Source: Eledone cirrhosa
Lineage: Eukaryota
Assembly: GCA_964016885.1 (NCBI GenBank)
Contig: OZ024742.1
Location: 168,950,001-169,014,000 of the forward strand
Direction of reading: 5' to 3'
DNA: 64,000 bases
Under the pieces are notes generated by a model. That model was not told the origin of the DNA, did no database searches, and saw only the letters and a program-made list of their open reading frames with translations. This document shows positions 13,001 through 26,133 of the stretch, in pieces. Within the stretch, counting starts at the first letter, position 1. Each line of letters begins with the position of its first letter. The translations under genes were made by a program, and so were the position numbers.

Positions 13001-14144
13001 CTCCTTGGACGGCTGGATATTATCTACCCTTGGACGGGTGGAAATTATCTCCCCTTGGACGGCTGGAAATTATCTCCCCTTGGACGGCTAGATATTACCT
13101 CCCCTTGGACGGCTGGAAATTATCTCCCCTTGATTTTTTTTACAAATTATCTCCCCCTGATTTTTTTTTTACAAATTATCTCCCCCTGATTTTTTTACAA
13201 ATTATCTCCCCCTGATTTTTTTTACAAATTATCTCCGCCTGATTTTTTTAAATATTATCTTCCCTTGGCTGGCGGGAAATTATCTCCCCTTGGACGGCTG
13301 AAAATTATCTCCCCTTGGACGGCTGGAAATTATCTCCCCTTGATTTTTTTTACAAATTATCTCCCCCTGATTATTTTTTACAAATTATCTGTCCCTGATT
13401 TTTTTTTACAAATTATCTCCCCCTGATTTTTTTTACAAATTATCTCCCCCTGATTTTTTTACAAATTATCTCCCCTTGGCTGGCTGGAAATTATCTCCCC
13501 TTGGTGGCTGGAATTTATCTCCCCTTGGACGGCTGGAAATTATCTCTCCTTGGACGGCTAGTAATTACCTCTCCTTGGACGGCTGGAAAATATGTCTCGT
13601 TGGAGGGCTGGAAATTATCTCCCCTTGGACGGCTGGAAATTATCTCCCCTTGGACGGCTGGAAATTATCTCTCCTTGGACGGCTAGAAATTACCTCTCCT
13701 TGGACGGTTGAAAATTATCTCTCCTTGGACGGCTGGAAATTATCTACCCTTGGACGGCTAGATATTACCTCCCCTTGGACGGCTGGAAATTATCTCCCCT
13801 TGATTTTTTTTACAAATTATCTCCCCCTGATTTTTTTACAAATTATCTACACCTGATTTTTTTACAAATTATCTCCCCCTGATTTTTTTTACAAATTATC
13901 TCCGCCTAATTTTTTTAAATATTATCTTCCCTTGGCTGGCGGGAAATTATCTCCCCTTGGACGGCTGAAAATTATCTCCCCTTGGACGGCTGGAAATTAT
14001 CTCCCCTTGATTTTTTTTACAAATTATCTCCCCCTGATTTTTTTTTACAAATTATATCCCCCTGATTTTTTTTTACAAATTATCTCCCCCTGATTTTTTT
14101 TTACAAATTATCTCCCCCTGATTTTTTTTACAAATTATCTCCCC
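7086..14144 (+). repeat. HOR copy 2 (7059 bp), near-identical to copy 1
   Basis: Same cassette order; about five differences from copy 1 found by eye. Confidence 0.95.
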
Positions 14145-17100
14145 TTGGCTGGCTGGAAATTATCTCCCCTTGGAGGCTGGAATTTATCTCCCCTTGGACG
14201 GCTAGAAATTACCTCTCCTTGGACGGCTGGAAAATATGTCCTTGGACGGCTGGATATTATCTACCCTTGGACGGCTGGAAATTATCTCCCCTTGGACGGC
14301 TGGAAATTATCTCCCCTTGGACGGCTAGATATTATCTCCCCTTGGACGGCTGGAAATTATCTCCCCTTGATTTTTTTTACAAATTATCTCCCCCTGATTT
14401 TTTTTACAAATCTAATGATTTTTAAAAAAAAATTATCTCCCCTTCGCTGGCTGGAAATTATCTCCCCTTGGACGCTGGAAATTATAGCCCCTTGGAGGGC
14501 TGGAAATTATCTTCCCTTGGACGGCTGGAAATTATCTCCCCTTGGCTCGAAATTATCTCCCCTTGGACGGCTAGAAATTATCTCTCTTTGGACGGCTGGA
14601 AATTATCTCCCTTTGATTTTTTTTACAAATTATCTGCCCCTGATTTTTTTTACAAATCTCCCCCTGATTTTTAAAAAAAAATTATCTCCCCTTCGCTGGC
14701 TGGAAATTATCTCCCCTTGGACACTGGAAATTATAGCCTCTTGGAGGGCTGGAAATTATCTTCCCTTGGACGGCTGGAAATTATCTCTGCTTGATTTTTT
14801 TTACAAATTATCTCCCCCTGATTTTTTTTTACAAATTATCCCCCCCGATTTTTTTTACAAATTATCTCCCCCTGATTTTTTTTACAAATTATCTCCCCTT
14901 GGACGGCTGGAAATTATCTCCCCTTGGACGGCTGGAAATTATCTCCCCTTGGACGGCTAGAAGTTACCTCTCCTTGGACGACTGAAAATTATCTCCCCTT
15001 GGACGGCTGCAAATTATCTCCCCTTGATTTTTTTTACAAATTATCTCCGCCTGATTTTTTTTTTAAAATTATCTCCCCTTGGACGGCTGGAAATTACCTC
15101 CCCTTGGACGGCTGGAAATTATCTCCTTGGACGGCTAGAAATTACCTCTCATTGGACGGCTGAAAATTATCTCCCCTTGGACGGCTGGAAATTATCTCCC
15201 CTTGATTTTTTTTACAAATTATCTCCCCCTGATTTTTTTTTACAAATTATCTCCCCCTGATTTTTTTTTTACAAATTATCTCCGCCTGATTTTTTTTTAA
15301 ATTATCTCTCCTTGGACGGCTGGATATTATCTCCCCTTTCATTTTTTTTACAAATTATCTCCCCCTGATTTTTTTTTACAAATTATCTCCCCCTGATTTT
15401 TTTTTACAAATTATCTCCCCCTGATTTTTTTTTACAAATTATCTCCCCCTGATTTTTTTTTACAAATTATCTACCCCTGATTTTTTTTTACAAATTATCT
15501 CCCCCTGATTTTTTTTACAAATTATCTCTCCCTGATTTTTTTTTACAAATTATCTCCCCCTGATTTTTTTTTACAAATTATCTACCCCTGATTTTTTTTT
15601 ACAAATTATCTCCCCCTGATTTTTTTTACAAATTATCTCCCCCTGATTTTTTTACAAATTATCTCCCCCCGATTTTTTTTACAAATTATCTCCGCCTAAT
15701 TTTTTTAAATATTATCTTCCCTTGGCTGGCGGGAAATTATCTCCCCTTGGACGGCTGAAAATTATCTCCCCTTGGACGGCTGGAAATTATCTCCCCTTGA
15801 TTTTTTTACAAATTATCTCCCCCTGATTATTTTTTACAAATTATCTCCCCCTGATTTTTTTTTACAAATTATCTCCCTCTGATTTTTTTTACAAATTATC
15901 TCCCCTTGGCTGGCTGGAAATTATCTCCCGTTGGAGGCTGGAATTTATCTCCCCTTGGACGGTTAGAAATTACCTCTCCTTGGACTGCTGGAAAATATGT
16001 CTCCTTGGACGGCTGGAAATTATCTCCCCTTGGACGGCTGGAAATTATCTCCCCTTGGACGGCTGGAAATTATCTCTCCTCGGACGACTAGAAATTACCT
16101 CTCCTTGGACAGCTGAAAATTATCTCCCCTTGGACGGCTGGAAATTATCTCCCCTTGATTTTTTTTACAAATTATCTCCCCCTGATTTTTTTTTACAAAT
16201 TATCTCCCCCTGATTTTTTTTTACAAATTATCTCCCCCTGATTTTTTTTACAAATTATCTCCCCCTGATATTTTTTACAAATTATCTCCCCCTGATTTTT
16301 TTACAAATTATCTCCCCTTGGCTGGCTGGAAATTATCTCCCCTTGGAGGCTGGAATTTATCTCCCCTTGGACGGCTAGAAATTACCTCGCCTTGGACGGC
16401 TGGAAAATATGTCTCCTTGGACGGCTGGAAATTATCTCCCCTTGGACGGCTGGAAATTATCTCCCCTTGGACGGCTAGATATTACCTCCCCTTGGACGGC
16501 TGGAAATTATCTCCCCTTGATTTTTTTTACAAATTATCTCCCCCTGATTTTTTTTTACAAATTATCTCCCCCTGATTTTTTTTTACAAATTATCTACCCC
16601 TGATTTTTTTTTACAAATTATCTCCCCCTGATTTTTTTTACAAATTATCTCTCCCTGATTTTTTTTTACAAATTATCTACCCCTGATTTTTTTTTACAAA
16701 TTATCTCCCCCTGATTTTTTTTACAAATTATCTCCCCCTGATTTTTTTTACAAATTATCTCCCCCTGATTTTTTTACAAATTATCTCCCCCCGATTTTTT
16801 TTACAAATTATCTCCGCCTAATTTTTTTAAATATTATCTTCCCTTGGCTGGCGGGAAATTATCTCCCCTTGGACGGCTGAAAATTATCTCCCCTTGGACG
16901 GCTGGAAATTATCTCCCCTTGATTTTTTTACAAATTATCTCACCCTGATTATTTTTTACAAATTATCTCCCCCTGATTTTTTTTTACAAATTATCTCCCT
17001 CTGATTTTTTTTACAAATTATCTCCCCTTGGCTGGCTGGAAATTATCTCCCCTTGGAGGCTGGAATTTATCTCCCCTTGGACGGTTAGAAATTACCTCTC

Positions 17101-20100
17101 CTTGGACTGCTGGAAAATATGTCTCCTTGGACGGCTGGAAATTATCTCCCCTGGGACGGCTGGAAATTATCTCCCCTTGGACGGCTGGAAATTATCTCTC
17201 CTCGGACGACTAGAAATTACCTCTCCTTGGACAGCTGAAAATTATCTCCCCTTGGACGGCTGGAAATTATCTCCCCTTGATTTTTTTTACAAATTATCTC
17301 CCCCTGATTTTTTTTTACAAATTATCTCCCCCTGATTTTATTTTACAAATTATCTCCCCCTGATTTTTTTACAAATTATCTCCCCCTGATATTTTTTACA
17401 AATTATCTCCCCCTGATTTTTTTACAAATTATCTCCCCTTGGCTGGCTGGAAATTATCTCCCCTTGGAGGCTGGAATTTATCTCCCCTTGGACGGCTAGA
17501 AATTACCTCGCCTTGGACGGCTGGAAAATATGTCTCCTTGGACGGCTGGAAATTATCTCCCCTTGGACGGCTGGAAATTATCTCCCCTTGGACGGCTGGA
17601 AATTATCTCCCCTTGGACGGCTAGATATTACCTCCCCTTGGACGGCTGGAAATTATCTCCCCTTGATTTTTTTTACAAATTATCTCCCCCTGATTTTTTT
17701 TTACAAATTATCTCCCTGATTTTTTTTTACGAATTATCTCCCCCTGATTTTTTTTTACAAATTATCTCCCCCTGATATTTTTTACAAATTATCTCCCCCT
17801 GATTTTTTTACAAATTATCTCCCCTTGGCTGGCTGGAAATTATCTCCCCTTGGAGGCTGGAATTTATCTCCCCTTGGACGGCTAGAAATTACCTCGCCTT
17901 GGACGGCTGGAAAATATGTCTCCTTGGACGGCTGGAAATTATCTCCCCTTGGACGGCTGGAAATTATCTCCCCTTGGACGGCTGGAAATTATCTCCCCTT
18001 GGACGGCTAGATATTACCTCCCCTTGGACGGCTGGAAATTATCTCCCCTTGATTTTTTTTACAAATTATCTCCCCCTGATTTTTTTTTACAAATTATCTC
18101 CCTGATTTTTTTTACGAATTATCTCCCCCTGATTTTTTTTTACAAATTATCTCCGCCTGATTTTTTTTTAAAAATTATCTCCCCTTGAACGGCTGGAAAT
18201 TATCTCCCCTTGGACGGCTGGAAATTATCTCCCCTTGGACGGCTAGAAATTACCTCTCCTTGGACGGCTGAAAATTATCTCCCCTTGGACGGCTGCAAAT
18301 TATCTCCCCTTGATTTTTTAACAAATTATCTCCCCCTGATTTTTTTTTACAAATTATCTCCCCCTGATTTTTTTTTACAAATTATCTACGCCTAAGTTTT
18401 TTTACAAATTATCTCCCCCTGATTTTTTTTTACAAATTATTTCCCCCTGATTTTTTTACAAATTATCTCCCCCCTGATTTTTTTTACAATCTCCGCCTGA
18501 TTTTTTAAAAAATTATCTTCCCTTGGCTGGCGAGAAATTATCTCCCCTTGGACGGCTGGAAATTATATCCCCTTGGACGGCTGGAAATTACCTCCCCTTG
18601 GACAGCTGGAAATTATCTGCCCTTGATTTTGTTTTTACAAATTATCTCCCCCTGATTTTTTTACAAATTATCTCCACCTGATTTTTTAAAAAATTATCTC
18701 CCCTTGGACGGCTGGAAATTATCTCCCCTTGATTTTTTTACAAATTATCTCCCCCTGATTTTTTTTACAAATTATCTACCCCTGATTTTTTTTTTACAAA
18801 TTATCTCCCCCTGATTTTTTTACAAATTATCTCCCCCTGATTTTTTTTACAAATTATCTCCGCCTGATTTTTTTAAATATTATCTTCCCTTGGCTGGCGG
18901 GAAATTATCTCCCCTTGGACGGCTGAAAATTATCTCCCCTTGGACGGCTGGAAATTATCTCCCCTTGATTTTTTTTACAAATTATCTCCCCCTGATTTTT
19001 TTTTACAAATTATCTCCCCCTGATTTTTTTTTACAAATTATCTGCCCCTGATTTTTTTTACAAATTATCTCCCCCTGATTTTTTTACAAATTATCTCCCC
19101 TTGGCTGGCTGGAAATTATCTCCCCTTGGAGGCTGGAATTTTATCTCCCCTTGGACGGCTAGAAATTACCTCTCCTTGGACGGCTGGAAAATATTTCTCC
19201 TTGGACGGCTGGATATTATCTACCCTTGGACGGGTGGAAATTATCTCCCCTTGGACGGCTGGAAATTATCTCCCCTTGGACGGCTAGATATTACCTCCCC
19301 TTGGACGGCTGGAAATTATCTCCCCTTGATTTTTTTTACAAATTATCTCCCCCTGATTTTTTTTTTACAAATTATCTCCCCCTGATTTTTTTACAAATTA
19401 TCTCCCCCTGATTTTTTTTACAAATTATCTCCGCCTGATTTTTTTAAATATTATCTTCCCTTGGCTGGCGGGAAATTATCTCCCCTTGGACGGCTGAAAA
19501 TTATCTCCCCTTGGACGGCTGGAAATTATCTCCCCTTGATTTTTTTTACAAATTATCTCCCCCTGATTATTTTTTACAAATTATCTTTCCCTGATTTTTT
19601 TTTACAAATTATCTCCCCCTGATTTTTTTTACAAATTATCTCCCCCTGATTTTTTTACAAATTATCTCCCCTTGGCTGGCTGGAAATTATCTCCCCTTGG
19701 TGGCTGGAATTTATCTCCCCTTGGACGGCTGGAAATTATCTCTCCTTGGACGGCTAGTAATTACCTCTCCTTGGACGGCTGGAAAATATGTCTCGTTGGA
19801 GGGCTGGAAATTATCTCCCCTTGGACGGCTGGAAATTATCTCCCCTTGGACGGCTGGAAATTATCTCTCCTTGGACGGCTAGAAATTACCTCTCCTTGGA
19901 CGGTTGAAAATTATCTCTCCTTGGACGGCTGGAAATTATCTACCCTTGGACGGCTAGATATTACCTCCCCTTGGACGGCTGGAAATTATCTCCCCTTGAT
20001 TTTTTTTACAAATTATCTCCCCCTGATTTTTTTTACAAATTATCTACACCTGATTTTTTTACAAATTATCTCCCCCTGATTTTTTTTACAAATTATCTCC

Positions 20101-20341
20101 GCCTAATTTTTTTAAATATTATCTTCCCTTGGCTGGCGGGAAATTATCTCCCCTTGGACGGCTGAAAATTATCTCCCCTTGGACGGCTGGAAATTATCTC
20201 CCCTTGATTTTTTTTACAAATTATCTCCCCCTGATTTTTTTTTACAAATTATATCCCCCTGATTTTTTTTTACAAATTATCTCCCCCTGATTTTTTTTTA
20301 CAAATTATCTCCCCCTGATTTTTTTTACAAATTATCTCCCC
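14145..20341 (+). repeat. HOR copy 3 (6197 bp): X'-P-Q-P'-Q'-Q'-R-S'-T'
   Basis: X landmarks at 14145 and 20342. Has ~74 bp extra in X, a 386-bp Q' duplication (17439/17825) and lacks one S-T unit. Confidence 0.9.
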
Positions 20342-23300
20342 TTGGCTGGCTGGAAATTATCTCCCCTTGGAGGCTGGAATTTATCTCCCCTTGGACGGCT
20401 AGAAATTACCTCTCCTTGGACGGCTGGAAAATATGTCCTTGGACGGCTGGATATTATCTACCCTTGGACGGCTGGAAATTATCTCCCCTTGGACGGCTGG
20501 AAATTATCTCCCCTTGGACGGCTAGATATTATCTCCCCTTGGACGGCTGGAAATTATCTCCCCTTGATTTTTTTTACAAATTATCTCCCCCTGATTTTTT
20601 TTACAAATCTAATGATTTTTAAAAAAAAATTATCTCCCCTTCGCTGGCTGGAAATTATCTCCCCTTGGACGCTGGAAATTATAGCCCCTTGGAGGGCTGG
20701 AAATTATCTTCCCTTGGACGGCTGGAAATTATCTCCCCTTGGCTCGAAATTATCTCCCCTTGGACGGCTAGAAATTATCTCTCTTTGGACGGCTGGAAAT
20801 TATCTCCCTTTGATTTTTTTTACAAATTATCTGCCCCTGATTTTTTTTACAAATCTCCCCCTGATTTTTAAAAAAAAATTATCTCCCCTTCGCTGGCTGG
20901 AAATTATCTCCCCTTGGACACTGGAAATTATAGCCTCTTGGAGGGCTGGAAATTATCTTCCCTTGGACGGCTGGAAATTATCTCTGCTTGATTTTTTTTA
21001 CAAATTATCTCCCCCTGATTTTTTTTTACAAATTATCCCCCCCGATTTTTTTTACAAATTATCTCCCCCTGATTTTTTTTACAAATTATCTCCCCTTGGA
21101 CGGCTGGAAATTATCTCCCCTTGGACGGCTGGAAATTATCTCCCCTTGGACGGCTAGAAGTTACCTCTCCTTGGACGACTGAAAATTATCTCCCCTTGGA
21201 CGGCTGCAAATTATCTCCCCTTGATTTTTTTTACAAATTATCTCCGCCTGATTTTTTTTTTAAAATTATCTCCCCTTGGACGGCTGGAAATTACCTCCCC
21301 TTGGACGGCTGGAAATTATCTCCCCTTGATTTTTTTTACAAATTATCTCCCCCTGATTTTTTTTTACAAATTATCTCCCCCTGATTTTTTTTTTACAAAT
21401 TATCTCCGCCTGATTTTTTTTTAAATTATCTCTCCTTGGACGGCTGGATATTATCTCCCCTTTCATTTTTTTTACAAATTATCTCCCCCTGATTTTTTTT
21501 TACAAATTATCTCCCCCTGATTTTTTTTTACAAATTATCTCCCCCTGATTTTTTTTTACAAATTATCTCCCCCTGATTTTTTTTTACAAATTATCTACCC
21601 CTGATTTTTTTTACAAATTATCTCCCCCTGATTTTTTTTACAAATTATCTCTCCCTGATTTTTTTTTACAAATTATCTCCCCCTGATTTTTTTTTACAAA
21701 TTATCTACCCCTGATTTTTTTTTACAAATTATCTCCCCCTGATTTTTTTTACAAATTATCTCCCCCTGATTTTTTTACAAATTATCTCCCCCCGATTTTT
21801 TTTACAAATTATCTCCGCCTAATTTTTTTAAATATTATCTTCCCTTGGCTGGCGGGAAATTATCTCCCCTTGGACGGCTGAAAATTATCTCCCCTTGGAC
21901 GGCTGGAAATTATCTCCCCTTGATTTTTTTACAAATTATCTCCCCCTGATTATTTTTTACAAATTATCTCCCCCTGATTTTTTTTTACAAATTATCTCCC
22001 TCTGATTTTTTTTACAAATTATCTCCCCTTGGCTGGCTGGAAATTATCTCCCCTTGGAGGCTGGAATTTATCTCCCCTTGGACGGTTAGAAATTACCTCT
22101 CCTTGGACTGCTGGAAAATATGTCTCCTTGGACGGCTGGAAATTATCTCCCCTTGGACGGCTGGAAATTATCTCCCCTTGGACGGCTGGAAATTATCTCT
22201 CCTCGGACGACTAGAAATTACCTCTCCTTGGACAGCTGAAAATTATCTCCCCTTGGACGGCTGGAAATTATCTCCCCTTGATTTTTTTTACAAATTATCT
22301 CCCCCTGATTTTTTTTTACAAATTATCTCCCCCTGATTTTTTTTTACAAATTATCTCCCCCTGATTTTTTTTACAAATTATCTCCCCCTGATATTTTTTA
22401 CAAATTATCTCCCCCTGATTTTTTTACAAATTATCTCCCCTTGGCTGGCTGGAAATTATCTCCCCTTGGAGGCTGGAATTTATCTCCCCTTGGACGGCTA
22501 GAAATTACCTCGCCTTGGACGGCTGGAAAATATGTCTCCTTGGACGGCTGGAAATTATCTCCCCTTGGACGGCTGGAAATTATCTCCCCTTGGACGGCTA
22601 GATATTACCTCCCCTTGGACGGCTGGAAATTATCTCCCCTTGATTTTTTTTACAAATTATCTCCCCCTGATTTTTTTTTACAAATTATCTCCCCCTGATT
22701 TTTTTTTACAAATTATCTACCCCTGATTTTTTTTTACAAATTATCTCCCCCTGATTTTTTTTACAAATTATCTCTCCCTGATTTTTTTTTACAAATTATC
22801 TACCCCTGATTTTTTTTTACAAATTATCTCTCCCTGATTTTTTTTACAAATTATCTCCCCCTGATTTTTTTTACAAATTATCTCCCCCTGATTTTTTTAC
22901 AAATTATCTCCCCCCGATTTTTTTTACAAATTATCTCCGCCTAATTTTTTTAAATATTATCTTCCCTTGGCTGGCGGGAAATTATCTCCCCTTGGACGGC
23001 TGAAAATTATCTCCCCTTGGACGGCTGGAAATTATCTCCCCTTGATTTTTTTACAAATTATCTCACCCTGATTATTTTTTACAAATTATCTCCCCCTGAT
23101 TTTTTTTTACAAATTATCTCCCTCTGATTTTTTTTACAAATTATCTCCCCTTGGCTGGCTGGAAATTATCTCCCCTTGGAGGCTGGAATTTATCTCCCCT
23201 TGGACGGTTAGAAATTACCTCTCCTTGGACTGCTGGAAAATAGGGTCTCCTTGGACGGCTGGAAATTATCTCCCCTGGGACGGCTGGAAATTATCTCCCC

Positions 23301-26133
23301 TTGGACGGCTGGAAATTATCTCTCCTCGGACGACTAGAAATTACCTCTCCTTGGACAGCTGAAAATTATCTCCCCTTGGACGGCTGGAAATTATCTCCCC
23401 TTGATTTTTTTTACAAATTATCTCCCCCTGATTTTTTTTTACAAATTATCTCCCCCTGATTTTATTTTACAAATTATCTCCCCCTGATTTTTTTACAAAT
23501 TATCTCCCCCTGATATTTTTTACAAATTATCTCCCCCTGATTTTTTTACAAATTATCTCCCCTTGGCTGGCTGGAAATTATCTCCCCTTGGAGGCTGGAA
23601 TTTATCTCCCCTTGGACGGCTAGAAATTACCTCGCCTTGGACGGCTGGAAAATATGTCTCCTTGGACGGCTGGAAATTATCTCCCCTTGGACGGCTGGAA
23701 ATTATCTCCCCTTGGACGGCTGGAAATTATCTCCCCTTGGACGGCTAGATATTACCTCCCCTTGGACGGCTGGAAATTATCTCCTCTTGATTTTTTTTAC
23801 AAATTATCTCCCCCTGATTTTTTTTTACAAATTATCTCCCTGATTTTTTTTACGAATTATCTCCCCCTGATTTTTTTTTACAAATTATCTACGCCTGATT
23901 TTTTTTTAAAAATTATCTCCCCTTGAACGGCTGGAAATTATCTCCCCTTGGACGGCTGGAAATTATCTCCCCTTGGACGGCTAGAAATTACCTCTCCTTG
24001 GACGGCTGAAAATTATCTCCCCTTGGACGGCTGCAAATTATCTCCCCTTGATTTTTTAACAAATTTTCTCCCCCTGATTTTTTTTTACAAATTATCTCCC
24101 CCTGATTTTTTTTTACAAATTATCTACGCCTAAGTTTTTTTACAAATTATCTCCCCCTGATTTTTTTTTACAAATTATCTCCCCCTGATTTTTTTTACAA
24201 ATTATCTCCCCCTGATTTTTTTTTACAAATTATTTCCCCCTGATTTTTTTACAAATTATCTCCCCCCTGATTTTTTTTACAATCTCCGCCTGATTTTTTA
24301 AAAAATTATCTTCCCTTGGCTGGCGGGAAATTATCTCCCCTTGGACGGCTGGAAATTATATCCCCTTGGACGGCTGGAAATTACCTCCCCTTGGACAGCT
24401 GGAAATTATCTGCCCTTGATTTTGTTTTTACAAATTATCTCCCCCTGATTTTTTTTACAAATTATCTCCACCTGATTTTTTAAAAAATTATCTCCCCTTG
24501 GACGGCTGGAAATTATCTCCCCTTGATTTTTTTACAAATTATCTCCCCCTGATTTTTTTTACAAATTATCTCCCCCTGATTTTTTTTTTACAAATTATCT
24601 CCCCCTGATTTTTTTACAAATTATCTCCCCCTGATTTTTTTTACAAATTATCTCCGCCTGATTTTTTTAAATATTATCTTCCCTTGGCTGGCGGGAAATT
24701 ATCTCCCCTTGGACGGCTGAAAATTATCTCCCCTTGGACGGCTGGAAATTATCTCCCCTTGATTTTTTTTACAAATTATCTCCCCCTGATTTTTTTTTAC
24801 AAATTATCTCCCCTGATTTTTTTTTACAAATTATCTGCCCCTGATTTTTTTTACAAATTATCTCCCCCTGATTTTTTTACAAATTATCTCCCCTTGGCTG
24901 GCTGGAAATTATCTCCCCTTGGAGGCTGGAATTTATCTCCCCTTGGACGGCTAGAAATTACCTCTCCTTGGACGGCTGGAAAATATTTCTCCTTGGACGG
25001 CTGGATATTATCTACCCTTGGACGGGTGGAAATTATCTCCCCTTGGACGGCTGGAAATTATCTCCCCTTGGACGGCTAGATATTACCTCCCCTTGGACGG
25101 CTGGAAATTATCTCCCCTTGATTTTTTTTACAAATTATCTCCCCCTGATTTTTTTTTTACAAATTATCTCCCCCTGATTTTTTTACAAATTATCTCCCCC
25201 TGATTTTTTTTACAAATTATCTCCGCCTGATTTTTTTAAATATTATCTTCCCTTGGCTGGCGGGAAATTATCTCCCCTTGGACGGCTGAAAATTATCTCC
25301 CCTTGGACGGCTGGAAATTATCTCCCCTTGATTTTTTTTACAAATTATCTCCCCCTGATTATTTTTTACAAATTATCTTTCCCTGATTTTTTTTTACAAA
25401 TTATCTCCCCCTGATTTTTTTTACAAATTATCTCCCCCTGATTTTTTTACAAATTATCTCCCCTTGGCTGGCTGGAAATTATCTCCCCTTGGTGGCTGGA
25501 ATTTATCTCCCCTTGGACGGCTGGAAATTATCTCTCCTTGGACGGCTAGTAATTACCTCTCCTTGGACGGCTGGAAAATATGTCTCGTTGGAGGGCTGGA
25601 AATTATCTCCCCTTGGACGGCTGGAAATTATCTCCCATTGGACGGCTGGAAATTATCTCTCCTTGGACGGCTAGAAATTACCTCTCCTTGGACGGTTGAA
25701 AATTATCTCTCCTTGGACGGCTGGAAATTATCTACCCTTGGACGGCTAGATATTACCTCCCCTTGGACGGCTGGAAATTATCTCCCCTTGATTTTTTTTA
25801 CAAATTATCTCCCCCTGATTTTTTTTACAAATTATCTACACCTGATTTTTTTACAAATTATCTCCCCCTGATTTTTTTTACAAATTATCTCCGCCTAATT
25901 TTTTTAAATATTATCTTCCCTTGGCTGGCGGGAAATTATCTCCCCTTGGACGGCTGAAAATTATCTCCCCTTGGACGGCTGGAAATTATCTCCCCTTGAT
26001 TTTTTTTACAAATTATCTCCCCCTGATTTTTTTTTACAAATTATATCCCCCTGATTTTTTTTTACAAATTATCTCCCCCTGATTTTTTTTTACAAATTAT
26101 CTCCCCCTGATTTTTTTTACAAATTATCTCCCC
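20342..26133 (+). repeat. HOR copy 4 (5792 bp): X-P-Q-P'-Q'-R-S-T'
   Basis: X landmarks at 20342 and 26134. 5792 = 7060 - 1268, i.e. one S-T unit fewer. Confidence 0.92.
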
